DNA from: Octopus vulgaris
Taxonomy: Eukaryota
Length of the DNA stretch: 124,000 bases
Reading direction: 5' to 3'
Assembly: GCA_951406725.2 (NCBI GenBank)
Contig: OX597826.1
Span: forward strand, 60,160,001-60,284,000
Positions within the stretch are counted from its first letter, which is position 1. Each line of letters opens with the position of its first letter. This document shows positions 15,361 through 31,516 of this stretch, piece by piece. Position numbers and translations under genes: made by a program. The notes beneath the pieces were generated by a model. It had not been told where the DNA came from and made no database searches. It saw only the letters and a list, made by a program, of their open reading frames with translations.

Positions 15361-15406
<46 letters not shown>

Positions 15407-15899
15407 GTATGTGTGTGTACATATATAAATGTATATATGAATGCGTTAGAAGCAGAGTCTAACATAGTTATTGTTACTCATTTCTTCATTATAAACAAAT
15501 ATTTTGAAAGTTTATATGAAGTGGGAATGGTGTGGGAATGCGATATGAGTGGCTGATAGAGTATTTTCCGAAACCTTAGAACTAATCGAAAATTCTTCAG
15601 CAATTAAATTGGCTGGAACATATCGTTAGACCTTGTAGCGTTTAGTTCTATGTTCATGGAATTATTTGTGGTGATGTTCATGATGATAGTGGTGACGGTG
15701 GTGGAAGGTGTCGGTGGATCTTGGTGCGAGTTTCTATGCGCCATTCATAGCATTTATAAACAAATATGTGGTGCGTTAATATATGTATATATATATTTGC
15801 TATGTATATATATATATCTCTATATATATAGATATATATACTATGTATATAACTATATATATACATATATATGTATATATATTTATATATGTATATATG

Positions 15900-15939
<40 letters not shown>

Positions 15940-16024
15940 CTCACTCCAGATATATAACGGGATTCTATATATTTAATATACGCATAGCTAACTGCGCGCG
16001 CTAGGGGTTTGAGTATGTACAATC

Positions 16025-16065
<41 letters not shown>

Positions 16066-16186
16066 CATGTATGTATGCATGTATGCGCGTGTGTCTGTGT
16101 GTGTGTTTACATTTATCTATATCTATATCAATATATATATATTAATATATATATACATATATATATATATATTTATGAATATATAC

Positions 16187-16236
<50 letters not shown>

Positions 16237-16319
16237 GCATATCTACACCTATCCGTCTCTCTGTATATCTATTTAGCTATCTAGATATTAATCAATCTAT
16301 CTATATACGTATATGTTTG

Positions 16320-16364
<45 letters not shown>

Positions 16365-17534
16365 GCGTGTATAAACGTATGTATGTACGTATGTATGTAC
16401 ATATCTATTTATTTATATATCTATGTATTTACACAATTAGAGTGAAGTAGTCTCACAATGAATTCAATATGTCCAAACGAAAATGTCACAAGATTTATTT
16501 AATAATATCTTCTTGCTTCTAGTCAATCCAAAATGTTGCGTTGTTTCCCTTTTTGCGTTGTTGACATTTAAAAACCGATGTTGGCGTAGTTGTTGCTGTT
16601 TTTCTGGCTGATCTTTTTGTTATTTATCTTCTATATTTTTCTCATTTTTTTTTCTTACTTATGATTCTTCTGATTCTTCTTCTTCTCCAGCTTTACTTTT
16701 CGACATCGTCAGAACCATCATCATCATAGTAGTGATCTTCGTCATCGTCATCGTCTATGTCTTCGTATATCTCCTCCACCTCCTCCTCCTCCTTCTCATC
16801 CTCCTCCTTCTCATCCTCCTCCTTCTCATCCTCCTCCTTCTCATCCTCCTCCTTCTCTCCTCCTCATCATCATCATCATCATGACCATGTCGTAGTCGCC
16901 GTGGTCATTATTATCATTATCATCATCATCGTCGTCGTCGTCATCATAATCGTCTTCGTCGGCGCCATGTTCCACACTTTTTTCTTCTACTCGTTATAAT
17001 TATAATAACAATCATCATCATCATCGTCATCAACATCATCATCAATTATTATTGTTGTTGTTATGATTATAATCATCATCATCATCGTCGTCGTCTTCGT
17101 CGTTCTTCTCGTCGTCGTCATTGTTGATGTTATTGTTTGTAGTGGTTGAAGCAGCAGTATTTGTAGTAGCAACAGCAACAGAAGCTGCGGTGTTATTTGC
17201 AATCATCTTCCTTTACACCCACCATCTTTTCCCTTGTTGTTCCTTTTGAGGCTATTTTCCGGTTGCATTGTCTGCTTAAAAAAATTATATTTCCCTTTGT
17301 CATTTTATAAAAATGATTACATAATTTGTTTACGTTACAATGAGTAGGGTTTTTTTTTTAAATATAAAAAGAAAAACGGAATTTTATTGTCAAAGAAAGA
17401 AATAACAAAAACAAAAACAAGCCTACATCATTCAGCTTATCACTGAGATGCTGAGTTACCAAGTGATGAAGTAGCTAGATCTCCTAAAGGGAACAGCCAA
17501 TTATGTACTTGCGTTTACGTTTCTAGATACGTGC

Positions 17535-17568
<34 letters not shown>

Positions 17569-17575
17569 TTGTGTT

Positions 17576-17776
17576 TTAGAGAAAAACCTCTATTAAACAA
17601 TTCAATAACAAAAGAGGTTATTCATACCATATAGAAAACGTATACTATAAAAGCGTTATTAGAAAAATAAATGAAGTACAAGAAAAAAAATAGTAAATAG
17701 TAGTAAAAAGACTACGTGCGTTTCGTGGCTATATATTTCCAATAGATAATACTAATAAAATGAATTCGATGTGCGT

Positions 17777-17821
<45 letters not shown>

Positions 17822-18281
17822 AGAGGAAAACCTCTATTAAACGATTCAATAACGAAAGAGGTTATTCATACCATATAGAAAACGTATACTATAAAAGCCT
17901 TATTAGAAAAATCAATGAAGTACAAGAAAAAAAATAGTAAATAGTAGTAAAAAGACTACGAGCGTTTCGTGGCTATATTTTCAAATAGATAATAATAATA
18001 ATAAAATGAATTCGATTTAAAATTAAATCGATCTAGAATTAATTCTTTTTAAAAATATAGTTACTCATCAGTTCTAAAATAATAATAATAAAAGAATAAT
18101 AATAGCATAAATGTACTTATCTTATAGCCACGAAACACGCATAGTCTTTTTACTACTATTTACTAATAATTGTTTTTGTACTTTATTGATTTTTATAATA
18201 AGGTTTTGTATAGTATATGTTTTCTATATGGTGAGAATAACATATATCGTTACTGAATTGTTTAATAGAGATTTTTCTCTT
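17576..18281. repeat. Tandem ~200-bp duplication plus an inverted copy
   Basis: 17576-17770 and 17817-18015 are direct copies; 18124-18281 is an inverted, more diverged copy. Confidence 0.75.
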
Positions 18282-19847
18282 AATCATAGGGCACATTATC
18301 GATGGTATATACATAGTGAATATTAGTGAATATTGTATTTATAAGCCAAACCTGGAGCAGTATACGTATAGGGAAATCTCCAAACAAGACGCCATGTGAT
18401 CAACAGCACCAAATGTCACAGACAGAGCGAGATAACTCGCTTCGTGTATTGAAATTGGTAGATATTTGATATTTCGCCGTTATAGTCGATTATAAATACG
18501 ATGTACTCGGATGCACTAGAAACTAAGTGAATCGCCAGCCTATAGCTTATATGCAAATAGAGTGATATATATTCATATGTGTGTGAATATATATATATAT
18601 GCTGAGACCCCTCTTCGGTCCTGACTGACTATGGGATTGCACCTAGAAAGTTACTCTTCCAAGCAAAAGCCCAGGCAATGATGTTTATGGAAGACCAGCA
18701 TACCAGCCTCCCGTCTCCACACCACCAGTTTTAACCAACTTGGCACATGTGACGTCGCAGCTAATTTCTACAGCTGAGTGAACTGGAGCAACGTGAAATA
18801 AAGTGTCTTGCTCAAGAACGCCACACGCAGCCCGGTCTGGGATTCGAACTCACAACCTCACGATCGTAAGTTCCACGCTCTAACCACTGAGCCATGCGCC
18901 TTCCCTATATATATATATTAACAATGCAAATGATATATTAACAATGCAAATGAATTTAATTTCCTAATTTTTTGTTTTGAGACTTGGAAATAGCAGCGAA
19001 ATGTTCCCGCGCATCACACTCTATACTCCAAAAGAAATTTAGACAGATAATAAAACACTACAATACAATTTATCTATCATCTCCTGCTACAGATGCATAA
19101 GTCTTCGCACAAATACGTAATACCTTTTCAAAAACTGACAACTGACACTTTTGAAATAAGATAATAACGCCTGTAATATTGTTTTTGAATTTTGGCACAT
19201 GGCCAGCACTTTCGGAGGAGGGGTTTAATTTAATTTCATCGACCCCTCCAGTACACAGCTGGTACTTATTTTATCGACTCCGAAAGGATTAATGTCAATG
19301 TCAATTCTCTCAGCTCACTGCCTCATGTCACAGATGTCAAGAATGAAAGGCAATGTCGACATCAGAGGTATTTTAACTCAGAACGTAAAGACGGATGAAA
19401 TGCAGCTAATTCTTTTTTTTTTTCCGGCGAGCTAACGACTCTGTCAGTTCACCGCCTGAAATGAAAGCGACCTGCAAGCCGCTATCGAGTATCGAACCCC
19501 GTAACGGTTGTAATTGTATCGGCCATACATGTCAGCTTCAGAAACACTTTTCTTATCTAACTTATCATTCTCTTACCGTGGTAAACCATTAATACACACA
19601 CTTTCTTTCTCCATTTGTCTCTCTTTCTCTATTTCTCTCTCTCTCTCTCTGTCATCCCTCCCTAATTCACCCACGCACCTTCTCCTTGTTTCTCTTTCTG
19701 TCTCTTATTCTAATATTGCAAGATATCTGTTTGCCTTTTTCTTTCTCTTTCACCTTCTACTACTATCTAATTTCTGTCTTCTTTAATCTAGGCAATTGCA
19801 TACCATCAGGCACCAACATAGATGATAGTTAAGTATCTTGCTCTGTA

Positions 19848-20077
19848 AGGCGGCGAGCTGGCAGAAACGTTAGCACGCCGGGCGAAATGCTTAGCGGTAT
19901 TTCGTATGCCGCTAGGTTCTGAGTTCAAATTCCGCCGAGTTCAACTTTGCCTTTCATCCTTTCGGGGTCGATAAATTAAGTAACAGTTACGCACTGGGGT
20001 CGATATAATCGACTTAATCCGTGTGTTTGTTCTTGTTTGTCCTCTCTGTGTTTAGCCCCTTGTGGGTAGTAAAGAAA
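19848..20077 (+). mobile_element. tRNA-derived SINE family A
   Basis: AGGCGGCGAGCTGGCAGAA head with A/B-box-like motifs and a GCCTTTCATCCTTTCGGGGTCGATAAATTAAGTAC body. Confidence 0.85.
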
Positions 20078-21152
20078 TGGGTTAAGTATCTTGCTCTATA
20101 ACCATGCGATTTTGGGTTCAATCGCGCTCGTACGAAACCTTGAGCAACAATATTCTACAACACCAAGACGACCTAGGCCCCCGGAGCAAATTTAATAGAT
20201 GAAAACCCTATAGAATACCGTCATCTACACGCACACACGCACACTCACTACCATAAAAATGTGTGTTTATGTGTGTTTGTGTGTGTGTTTGCGTTCGTGT
20301 GCGTTCGTGTGTGAGTGTGTGTGTTTGTATGTGTGTGTACGTGTGTGCCTGTAAGTGAGACCGTGTTTGCTCGCCCACAGCTTAACAACCGGTTTTGATT
20401 TGTTTGCGTTCTCGCAGTTTAGACGTTCGGCAAGAGAAAGCGAAAAACTTCAGCATTACTAAAGTACTAGGTTTGATTTGTCCACCCCACAAACATTGAA
20501 GGGTATATCCCAGAATAACCGCATCCATTGACGGAAAATAGTGAAAGATAAAATATAAATTGTTATGTTACTATTAAACAAACTTTGCAGCAATTCGTTA
20601 AATAATGACGTACTGACCATAAAATTAAACGATGTCCGTTGATATCACAGTTCCTGATAAGCTCAAATTGTCCCTAAATGTTACTACATATCATTATTGT
20701 TAAATCTAAGCTTGCTTGCTTAGGTTTGACAATTTTTACATTATTGTTTACATAAAATTTTGGGAAGATCTGCAATTTTAAAAATATATAAAGAGTATGA
20801 TTAAATACCGATTTTTCATACCTCGTATGAGTAATTATTAACAGATAACTAAATGTCAACATTTTAAAATTTAAGAAGCATTTATTAGCATACTTAGAAA
20901 TGCGTAAGTGATGCGAAGAATATAATGCTAACTAATATTAAATAGTTTTATTTTATTTCTGATGACAGAATTCAAAATATGTGTGGTGATGAAATATGGC
21001 CGTAATACTGTTTTAGTAAACGTAGTCGAAAATATTCCATGGTACATTCGAATATATCGATTTCACTATTTATTCTATTTTCCTTCCGAACGATGAATGT
21101 CAAAATGAACCCGGTTGAGATTTCAAATGAGAAGGCTGTTTAACCAATATTT

Positions 21153-21382
21153 ATTTCTTTATTGCCCACAGGGGGCTAAACATAGACGGGACAAAGAAGG
21201 ACAGACAAACGGATTAAGTCGATTTTATCGACCCCAGTGCGTAACTGGTACTTAATTTATCGACCCCGAAAGGATGAAAGGCAAAGTCGACCTCGGCGGA
21301 ATTTGAACTCAGAACGTAACGACAAACGAAATACGGCTACGCATTTCGCCCGGGGTGCTAACGTTTCTGCCAGCTCGCCGCC
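21153..21382 (-). mobile_element. SINE family A
   Basis: Reverse complement of the family A consensus. Confidence 0.85.
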
Positions 21383-23392
21383 GACCGGCGATGGATCTAA
21401 TCTGTCAGCCATTCGCTATTTCTAATGTTTTGCCCTGCGTTGAGCAATTACTGAAGTATTTCTGTACTCCGACATTATTGGTCAGATATAATTTCAAAAT
21501 AGCTCTTTTTAAATATGTACTGTTTTTACTTTTACTTGTTTCATTCTTTGCACTACGACCATGCGACCATGACATGTGAGTGGATTTAGTCTAACGAATA
21601 GATGTAAATAGTTATTTGTTTAAAAGTCTCGTATTTATTCAACTGGCCACCTTTGACGAACCGCTAATTTATGGGAACATAAACTAACACCGGTTGTCAA
21701 GCTGTGGTAGGAGATAACCAGAAACACAAATTTATATGTACACACACACGCACGCACGCACACATGTATATAAATACATGTATGTACGTATGCATATATG
21801 TGTGTGCGTATGCATGTATGTATGACTGTATGTACGAATTAGCAATGCCGAAGGCACTAAGACACAGCTAGAGAACTGGCTGAGGGCAGGTGATAAAAGC
21901 CAGCTGACTGGAATGTTGTAGGTTCGATGCTTCGAGTATGAAATCTTACTCAGATTATAATATTAGCCATGTTTACTTTGCAGCCTTGCCATGACTCGGG
22001 CAGTGGAGAGGCTTTGCAGTAATTTCATGCGAATGTACCCGAGTCCTCCCCCCGAATATCAGCTCCGTCAATCTGTACTGCAAAGCTTTCAAGCGTCACT
22101 TAACAATTTCATCAATTGGGAAGGAATTCAAAGCCACAAAAGCAAGAACACTAAACGCATTGCTTCTCTTTGAAGAGGAGAAAGTCACACACACCCAAAG
22201 GACCGTAAAATGTTGCAGACCATAGAAACCAAAGAAGTGGTGGAGGAAGCGGATATATATTGAGAAAACCAGGATGTTGCTGACGTAGTCTGTCAAGAAC
22301 TGGCTTTCAAATTCCAACGCGAAACTGTTGGAAAAACACAAAGACCAGAACCAAGAGAGAAATCAAAGTGCAGGGGACCTGTGATTCAACAGAAGATGAT
22401 CACCCTGTGAAGGCAGCAGGGCTTGCCTACCAGGGATAATGGATACAGTGGAACTTGAGTGACATCCGCACCGGAGGGAACCCTTGCTGACTGACCAAGG
22501 CAGATTGTCCTTCCTCCCTGCTATCGCTGGCCCCTTGCCAACTCCAAATAACTGTAAACAAGGCCCCTCTTCCAAACAGTGTGGAGCAGTTCATTGCAGT
22601 TTCAATCAAATTTTGACATGGTAATTTCTTTATATTTATTTACGTAGAATAGAAATAAAATGCGCGCAAATAAATTATTTGAAAGTTGCCATCCACATGT
22701 AAAATAAAAGTTAAGTTACTGCATGAAGCAATAAAAAAAGAACCTTATTAGATATAAACATATACTAATGAGAAATATAACAAAGGTTAACCACTTGCTT
22801 TCAGAAATAATGTATTTAGGATTTCATTATTTCGGTAGGATGTAATTGGTGTTAATTTGATTTCTCTCTCTATCTTGAGGTGTCATTGCATGAAGACTCG
22901 TTTCTTTTTCTTATTAGACTGAATTATATTGATTTAGGATAAAAGTCACCATTCTATATTTAACTGAATTTACAGCCTCAATATCGCTGCTACATCTATC
23001 GAAATGTAAAGGATGAAACATTGTTAAATATATGTTATGAAAGCTTCCTTACGCTAAATATTCGCGTCTATGTTAAGAGCAATGGGACACATTTTGTCTT
23101 TTATCTACAAGGCATAATCGATTCTATTGGCCTCAGTATATTATATCAACTCCATAGACAATAGAATGACTAGAATTCTGAATATAAAAAGATATAACTG
23201 AATGTTACGTTCACTTGTGTCCGACATTCTAAAGACTCAGCCAATTCATATTAGACAAAAATGTAATAAATTATAAAATAGGAATAAAATTAGCTCAAAT
23301 AACGATTGCTAATTTGATACAAGAGTTCAAATTATTGTGCTGGAATGGGGAAGTATAATCAACTGCATTGAAATGAGAATGTGCCTCATATG

Positions 23393-23441
<49 letters not shown>

Positions 23442-23506
23442 CAGATAATTTGCCTTGCTTATTTTTACATTTTGGGTTTTTATGATATATATCTTGAGAA
23501 TACATT

Positions 23507-23547
<41 letters not shown>

Positions 23548-23560
23548 TAGTCCTTAAATT

Positions 23561-23699
<139 letters not shown>

Positions 23700-23860
23700 C
23701 ACACACACATATAAAATATATATTGCATCAATCATAAAGTTATTTTGAATCAGGGTATAATTTAATCGAAGAATATGGGGCAGGCCCCATATGGGCGAAT
23801 AATACGAATTATGTGTTACTGCCATAGCAAAGAATGCACACTCATGATACAAATACTTAC

Positions 23861-23959
23861 ATCGGTTTGGACCCTGCCAAATATAACAAAGAAGGGTGTG
23901 ATGAGGCTAAAACTGACAACGGATATAATATACCAGGCTGGAAGCAAAGTCGAAGTAGA
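23861..23959 (-). CDS. Candidate internal exon with a hydrophobic segment ([33 protein letters not shown])
   Basis: TTTGTTCAAATACAG acceptor, GTAAGT donor, 99 nt, open frame phase 0-0. No family recognised. Confidence 0.3.
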
Positions 23960-24515
23960 CTGTATTTGAACAAATATCATAGAAGACTTTTAATTGAAAA
24001 TTGAATGTGATTTAGTCCAATGCTTTCTGGATATTTCGCCAAATAAGCATTTTATAATATTGATGATATCGTTTCAAATATTTGTCTTCCTTGACAGTTC
24101 TTTGAGTGCCAGTTCTGTGAAATAAATATTCCACATTCCAGTTGCCAAATTCTTGAGCACCAGAAGCAGCTGCAGAATCAACGAATCAGCTGCGTAGGCA
24201 ATAACGTTCTGTGCGATGAAATCATAGAACACTAAATACAGAATATAACCTTTGGCAAAAGATATCATAAACTTAATTTCATATTTCCCTCTTGTGTCTA
24301 AATTTTTCTAGGTAAACAGGCATGCGATATGAAAAATTGATATTAAATTAGTATGTAGTATTTTAAACATATACAAATTTTCTTATACAGAATGAAAGGA
24401 TGATGTGAACGTTGGAGTAAAAGAATAAAATATGTACGGGCTTATTTGATATTTTTTCTTAAATCATTTATCATAATGCATACACATCTATCTATCTATC
24501 TATCTATCCATCCGT

Positions 24516-24604
<89 letters not shown>

Positions 24605-24768
24605 CACAGACACATATGTATCAATACGTATTTTGTATATACATATACTCATATATAAACATATATGTATCAAAACATATACAGATATCGACACGATGCA
24701 GTGACACATTTAAATACATACATACAGGTTTACAACTAAATATACACCCAGAACCATATCTGTATCTA

Positions 24769-24848
<80 letters not shown>

Positions 24849-24909
24849 TACAAGTACACACATACATGCACGCACTCACACAGTCACACACTCATACACG
24901 CACACACAA

Positions 24910-24948
<39 letters not shown>

Positions 24949-25599
24949 AATAAATTTAGGATATCTGTACACTACGAAGTAGATTTCTCGAAGAAGTCTC
25001 CAAAACGTTTTGTGGCATAAACCTGGTGAAAAAAAAATGTTTTCAGTTATAATATATATATACATTCTTTTATTCTTTTATGCGTTCTAGCACTAACGCT
25101 GTGACCATGCTGGGGTACTGCTAGTGTTATCACCTTTTCAATGGCCGTTCGACGCAAAATGGCTTTTGATGAAAGAGCGAGTTCGACATGGTTGCTCTCT
25201 CTTGATTTTCTTGCCGTGATATAGCTTCATGTTGGATCTTGGACAGCAAGGTGTCAACTTGTTTCATGTGGTCATTTCTTATATAAAATAACAGAAAGGA
25301 GAAGAAAAATCTCTGAAACAGGCTGAAATGACTATCATAAAAGAAATTGTACAAAATTAGAAATCTCACATCTCAATTCTTTATTAGAAATTTTTTTCGT
25401 TTATGTCGGTAGATACGAAATTCTTGTTAGTTACAGGGACTAAAGTGATCTCAATAATACACATACGCATCCACATTCTCGGTATGCGTTGTGCACTTTC
25501 TTTTCGCTGTATATATATCTCAACAGTTTCCTTGTACAAATAAATATGCACGCAAAGATATGTTGAGTTAATCATCACTATAATGTTAATTGTTATGTA

Positions 25600-26300
25600 T
25601 TATTTCTGTTATTCACGGGTTTTGTTGGAGCTCCTGGAGTTTGCATATTTAGCGGGCTTAATACCTGCAATCTACGGTACCATACTAACCATTATGCTAA
25701 GAAGGTAAACATTTTATATATATACTTATATACGTCTTGATGCCTTCTGATGCTGTTCCCAAAGACCCAACAATGACTGGTATTATCTTCACCTTCTTCA
25801 ATCTCCATAGCCGGGCTATTTCGTACTTAAAAGGGTTGTATTTATCTTTTCGCCTTCTTTCTTGACTATTCGTGGGTCAATAAGGGGTGCAACATCAACT
25901 ATATAGCATATGTGACGTATCTTGTCGACCATCACTAGATCCGGTTGCTTATGCTCTAGCACCTGATCTGTTTGGACTGCGAATTCCCAGAGGATGTTGC
26001 TAGTCTCTGACTTCGTCACACACTGCGCTTTCTACTCATGCTACGCCTTGCCTCTCTCTAGTCCCCAGTTTCCCCACAGTTTCCAATGTAGCACCTTCCC
26101 TACCTGATCATGTCTCCACAACTTGTAGAGGTTTGGAGCAAGTCTAGAACATTCGTTCGTAATATGGTCAATGTTTTCATCCACTATATTTCACGTGTGG
26201 CACAACGGAGAAACTTGCTCTTTCTTAAGTTTGACCCTGCAATTCATGACCAAAGTTTGGCCTTGCGCTGCCAGTATAGTACTCCCGGTATCTTTATTTT
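25600..26300 (-). pseudogene. R4/Dong-like non-LTR retrotransposon, restriction-like endonuclease remnant
   Basis: ILWEFAVQTD...HKQPDLVMVDK...YIVDVA...KEGEKI, frameshifted. Confidence 0.75.
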
Positions 26301-26362
26301 AGTGTTCCTATTATTACTATTATTATTATTATTGTTATTATTATTATTATTGTTGTTATTAA

Positions 26363-26416
<54 letters not shown>

Positions 26417-26465
26417 GATTACGACTATTATTATTATTATTATTAGTAGTAGTCAGTATTAGAAC

Positions 26466-26530
<65 letters not shown>

Positions 26531-26538
<8 letters not shown>

Positions 26539-26899
26539 GCTTTCAGTAGTTTTATTTTTATACTTCACTACCGAGCGCAGCTCTGTGTGCCTTGGGTATG
26601 TGCTGTGATTTGTTGTGATGCTCTGATGGTTATTGTATGGAAAGTGTTCTGTGTGCAGTGCCTAGTAGTGCAATTTTCTGTATGTTATATGTGTTTGTAA
26701 GTCCTGGTGTTTTTGTTATGTATTTGTCTGAATATTTTTTTATCATGCCTAATGCACCTACTATGATAGGAATTGTTTCTGTTTTCAGATTCCACATTCT
26801 AGTTACCTCTATTTCCAGGTCTTTGTATTTTGAGAGTTTCTCCATTTCTTTTAGAGACACGTTGTCATCTGCCGGTATTGATACATCAATTAGAAAGCA

Positions 26900-26907
<8 letters not shown>
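26531..26907 (-). pseudogene. R4/Dong-like non-LTR 3' end
   Basis: KCFLIDVSIPADDNVSLKEMEKLSKYKDLEIEVTRMW...PIIVGALG...IQKIALLGTAH; embedded in (ATT)n. Confidence 0.85.
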
Positions 26908-26978
<71 letters not shown>

Positions 26979-27061
26979 TGTAGTAGTAGTAGTAGTAGTA
27001 GTAGTAGTATTACGACTATTATTATTATTATTAGTAGTAGTAATAGTCGTAGTATTAGAAC

Positions 27062-27104
<43 letters not shown>

Positions 27105-27216
27105 AATAATAATAACATCATTATTGTTATTATTATTATTACTACTATTATTATTATTATTATTATTATTAATAATAATAATAATAATAATAATATCATT
27201 ATTATTGTTATTGTTA

Positions 27217-27250
<34 letters not shown>

Positions 27251-27316
27251 CATTATTATTATTTTTATTATTATTATTATTACAATTATAATTATCATTA
27301 TAATTATTATTATTAA

Positions 27317-27398
<82 letters not shown>

Positions 27399-27857
27399 TC
27401 GCACGAGGACCAGACTAATACATGTGCGTGTGTCCTTATGGGTGTGTTTCTTTGTCATCGTCTGTGTATGTCTTTGTGTGCGTGCGTCAGAATTTGCGAT
27501 AAATTAGTGAGCAGGTGATCGTGTCATTTTTCAAATTTCTTAACATTAGTACTTTAATGTTTATTTATTTGCACGATTAAAATGTTTTCGTTATTCATGA
27601 ACGTTCACTCTCCCACGCATTTCTGCACTTTATAAATGATAGATTACGTACGACTACATGCAGCAGATCATTATTGGATATGGCATGAATATGTATGTGT
27701 ATATGAATGTATGTATTTATGCATGTGTATGTTAATATAAATATATTTATATATATATGTGTGTGTGTATCGTTATATCTAAATATACAGATATATATAT
27801 ACATATATATGTGTCTATCGTTATGTATATACATATATATACACACACACACAAACG

Positions 27858-27909
<52 letters not shown>

Positions 27910-28049
27910 TATATGTATATATATATATGCTAATTTATATACACACATTCATACCTTCATATATGTATATTTCTAACTATGTATGTATACATACGAACAC
28001 AAACTTTCAACTCCCGTTTAGAGTGTTCATTTTCCTTTCTATGGTCACA

Positions 28050-28830
28050 GTGTGCAGAATATTTTCTATTAATCTATACTCTATGTGTAGAGCAATCTTG
28101 AATACTCGTGGTTTCTCCCTGACATTTAATCTGGATATCTAATCGTTTCTAACTACTTCCTTTCTAAAACTGTCACTTTGTTATCTTCTCCGTTTTCTAT
28201 GGCTAGATCCGCAGAAAAACTCTTGCTTATGTAATTACGAGGGCAATAATACGATGATTTATCTATTCTGTGGAAAATGAGACTTTCGGTATGAGTACGC
28301 TCATTGACCTAATCACGTCCAAGTGCTTTTCATAGGTGTCATTGATCCTATTGCAGAGATTGAATAACATCCTGGGCATCGTGGGAATGTGTCCTTTTAG
28401 TATTTCTGTAGGGATTTCCTCAATTGCAGTAGATTTTTCTTTTGGAAATTTTGAATTGCGTCTTTTAATTCTGACTCAAATGCTGCTAGGAAGGTGGATC
28501 GTACTTCATGAGAGAAACCTCTTGGTTGTGATATTTCATTATCTTGAAATGAGTTTTTACCATATTCTTTTAATTTCCTGGCGATGCTTTGCAGAAGAGC
28601 AAACACTTTGCCAAATAAGACTTTGGTAGATGTCGCCCTCTTTTACTTGGAATATATTTGTTAAGATATTACTAATGTTGTACGTCTTTCATGTGTTATT
28701 TTGGTGTAAATGGTCTTGGACGTCAGTGTACATGCGCTCCAACTATTTGGCTTTGTTCCTTCAGCCCTCTCTTTGAACAGCTCATTTGATCTTTTTTTTA
28801 AATCTCTATCCCTGAGGTAGATCTTTCCGT
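28050..28830 (-). pseudogene. RTE-clade LINE RT N-terminal remnant
   Basis: KFPKEKSTAIEEIPTEILK...FNLCNRI...HRIIAL, decayed. Confidence 0.6.
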
Positions 28831-28998
28831 TTTGATCTTTTTTCTTTGATTTATCAATTGAAGGGTGTCTTTAGATATCCAAAGTTAGTTCTGTCAAGAA
28901 ATACCTCTTCCATGAACGAAAGTTCATCACAAGAAAAGTTTGTTAAAAATAAGGATTGTTTTATTGTAGTTTTTATTTTCCATAGACATTTCTTTGTC

Positions 28999-29100
<102 letters not shown>

Positions 29101-29962
29101 GACATATACATATACATATATATACGACATATACATATATATATAAACATACACACACACACAGAGGCAGGCAGAAAACACCGTCAAACATATGTTGTAT
29201 GTAACCAATGCATATACGCGAGAGAATGTTTACTTAAATACGTAGATATTTGCTGTGTAGGCTTGCGAAATTGAGTACAATGCTATAAAATAGGTCCCAT
29301 CATAGCAACCGACATAAATGAGGAGGGAGAAAGAGAAGGGTGAAGAGGAAGAAAAAAGGAGAAAGAAAAGAAGGAAGAAGAAGATGACTTGGAAAAAAAA
29401 ATAGATAATGAATGCGCTTCCATATTAAGAAAACAACAAAATTTCAGTAAAAGGCAATAAAGAGAAAGATCAAAGTACCAAACCAGAACTAAAATCTACT
29501 AAAAACTGAAATAATATAGCAAACAGTACCATTTTGTTAGTGCATGTTCTCGCCCACACGTTCGCTTTGTCTCTCTCTTTCTCATATGGAAATATAAATA
29601 CACATACACAAACGCCCACCCACACACTCATACATTTATATTTATATACTTATGCTTAGTTGTACGTACTTATATGTATATGAATATTTGTACATCTATA
29701 TGCTTCTGCGTGCTCATATATTATATACACAGACTTATGCACATATACCATATACATATCTGTCAATATATCTGCCTATCTATGTATATATATATATGTG
29801 TGTGTGTGTGTGGCGGCGCCCATACGAATGTGTGTTCTTGTATAAATACATAGAATATATGTGCAGTAGTTCTTACATATTTATTTATTTGTATAATAAT
29901 CTATATGAGCATATATATATATGTGTGTGTGTGTGTCTGTGTGTGTGTGTGTGTATGTGTGT

Positions 29963-30032
<70 letters not shown>

Positions 30033-30301
30033 TTCTTTGTGCAATCTTTGAGAACGTTTACTTAATGTTGTAAAAATATTTTTTTTCCTCTGAATCACTT
30101 TATATACATATCTGTCTATCTTATCCGCATTATTTCTGTTTACATACAAATAAACACTCCAGAAAAACGTACATAACATACGCGTATATACAAGCAGAAT
30201 TATACACTCAATGAAATTTTCATACACATGCAGATATACACTCTGGAAGTAGACTAATCGGCAAATATTCGTAAGTATTCACTGTTACATTCTAATTAGA
30301 C

Positions 30302-30406
<105 letters not shown>

Positions 30407-30553
30407 TGTATGTATGTATGTATGTATGTATGTGTGTTCACATATATACGAACGCTTTAAAATTTCAATATGTGCATTCCTAGAGTTACAAATTCATACA
30501 AATTATATATAAGAATTAAAATACATAGAAATGTAATATTTAAGACTTGTGTG

Positions 30554-30592
<39 letters not shown>

Positions 30593-30611
30593 CTTTCTTT
30601 TTCCTTTTCTT

Positions 30612-31010
30612 TTTTACTTGTTTCAGTCATTTGACTGCGGCCATGCTAGAGCACCGCCTTTAGTCGAGCAAATTTCCCCCCGGGACTTATTCTTTGTAAG
30701 CCCAGTGCTTATTCTATCGGTCTCTTTTTGCCGAACCGCTAAGTGACGGGGACGTAAACACACCAGCATCGGTTGTCAAGCAATGCTAGGGGGACAAACA
30801 CAGACACACAAACATAACCACACATACATATATATATACATATATACGACAGGCTTCTTTCAGTTTCCGTCTACCAAATCCACTCACAAGGCATTGGTCG
30901 GCCCGGGGCTATAGCAGAAGACACTTGCCCAAGATGCCACGCAGTGGGACTGAACCCGGAACCATGTGGTTGGTTAGCAAGCTACTTACCACACAGCCAC
31001 TCCTGCGCCT
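30612..31010 (-). mobile_element. tRNA-derived SINE family B (internal microsatellite)
   Basis: Head AGGCGCAGGAGTGGCTGTGTGGTAAG, CTTGGGCAAGT core, internal (TA)/(TG) tract, tail GAAACAAGTAAAAGA. Confidence 0.85.
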
Positions 31011-31256
31011 GTGTGTGTACAAAGAGTAATCTTCTTCTATAAATACACTTATACATTTGCTGCGAATGTGCATGTACGATTTATACGTGAAATTCATCAT
31101 ATCTCCTGTAAAAATATCGTACAATCAGTGAATTCGCATAGACTTTTTTTTATATATTCAAGACGCTACTCTTTCATGCAATACACATACATGCAATTTG
31201 AAGCATGCATGCTCATTCATAGATAAATATACATATATAGAAACATGCATACACAA

Positions 31257-31304
<48 letters not shown>

Positions 31305-31319
31305 ACATATATATATATA

Positions 31320-31516
31320 TATAAATGTAACCACATGTGAATCGCTGGTGATTTTCTTCCTTCGTCTTCGGTTCTTTTGGACTTTCCACTATTTCTGAAG
31401 AAGAGCTTTGCTCGAAACGTTAAAACCATCTTTCTTTCCTTCCCTGAGCGTCTTCTAACACATTACGTGTACCACGATCACGGGTTGCTGTTCCTTTTCA
31501 TGTCAATTCTTCTTTT

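Noticed and set aside
21990-22610. GC-elevated, coding-like stretch
   Set aside because: Probably an old retroelement, but no motif could be assigned.
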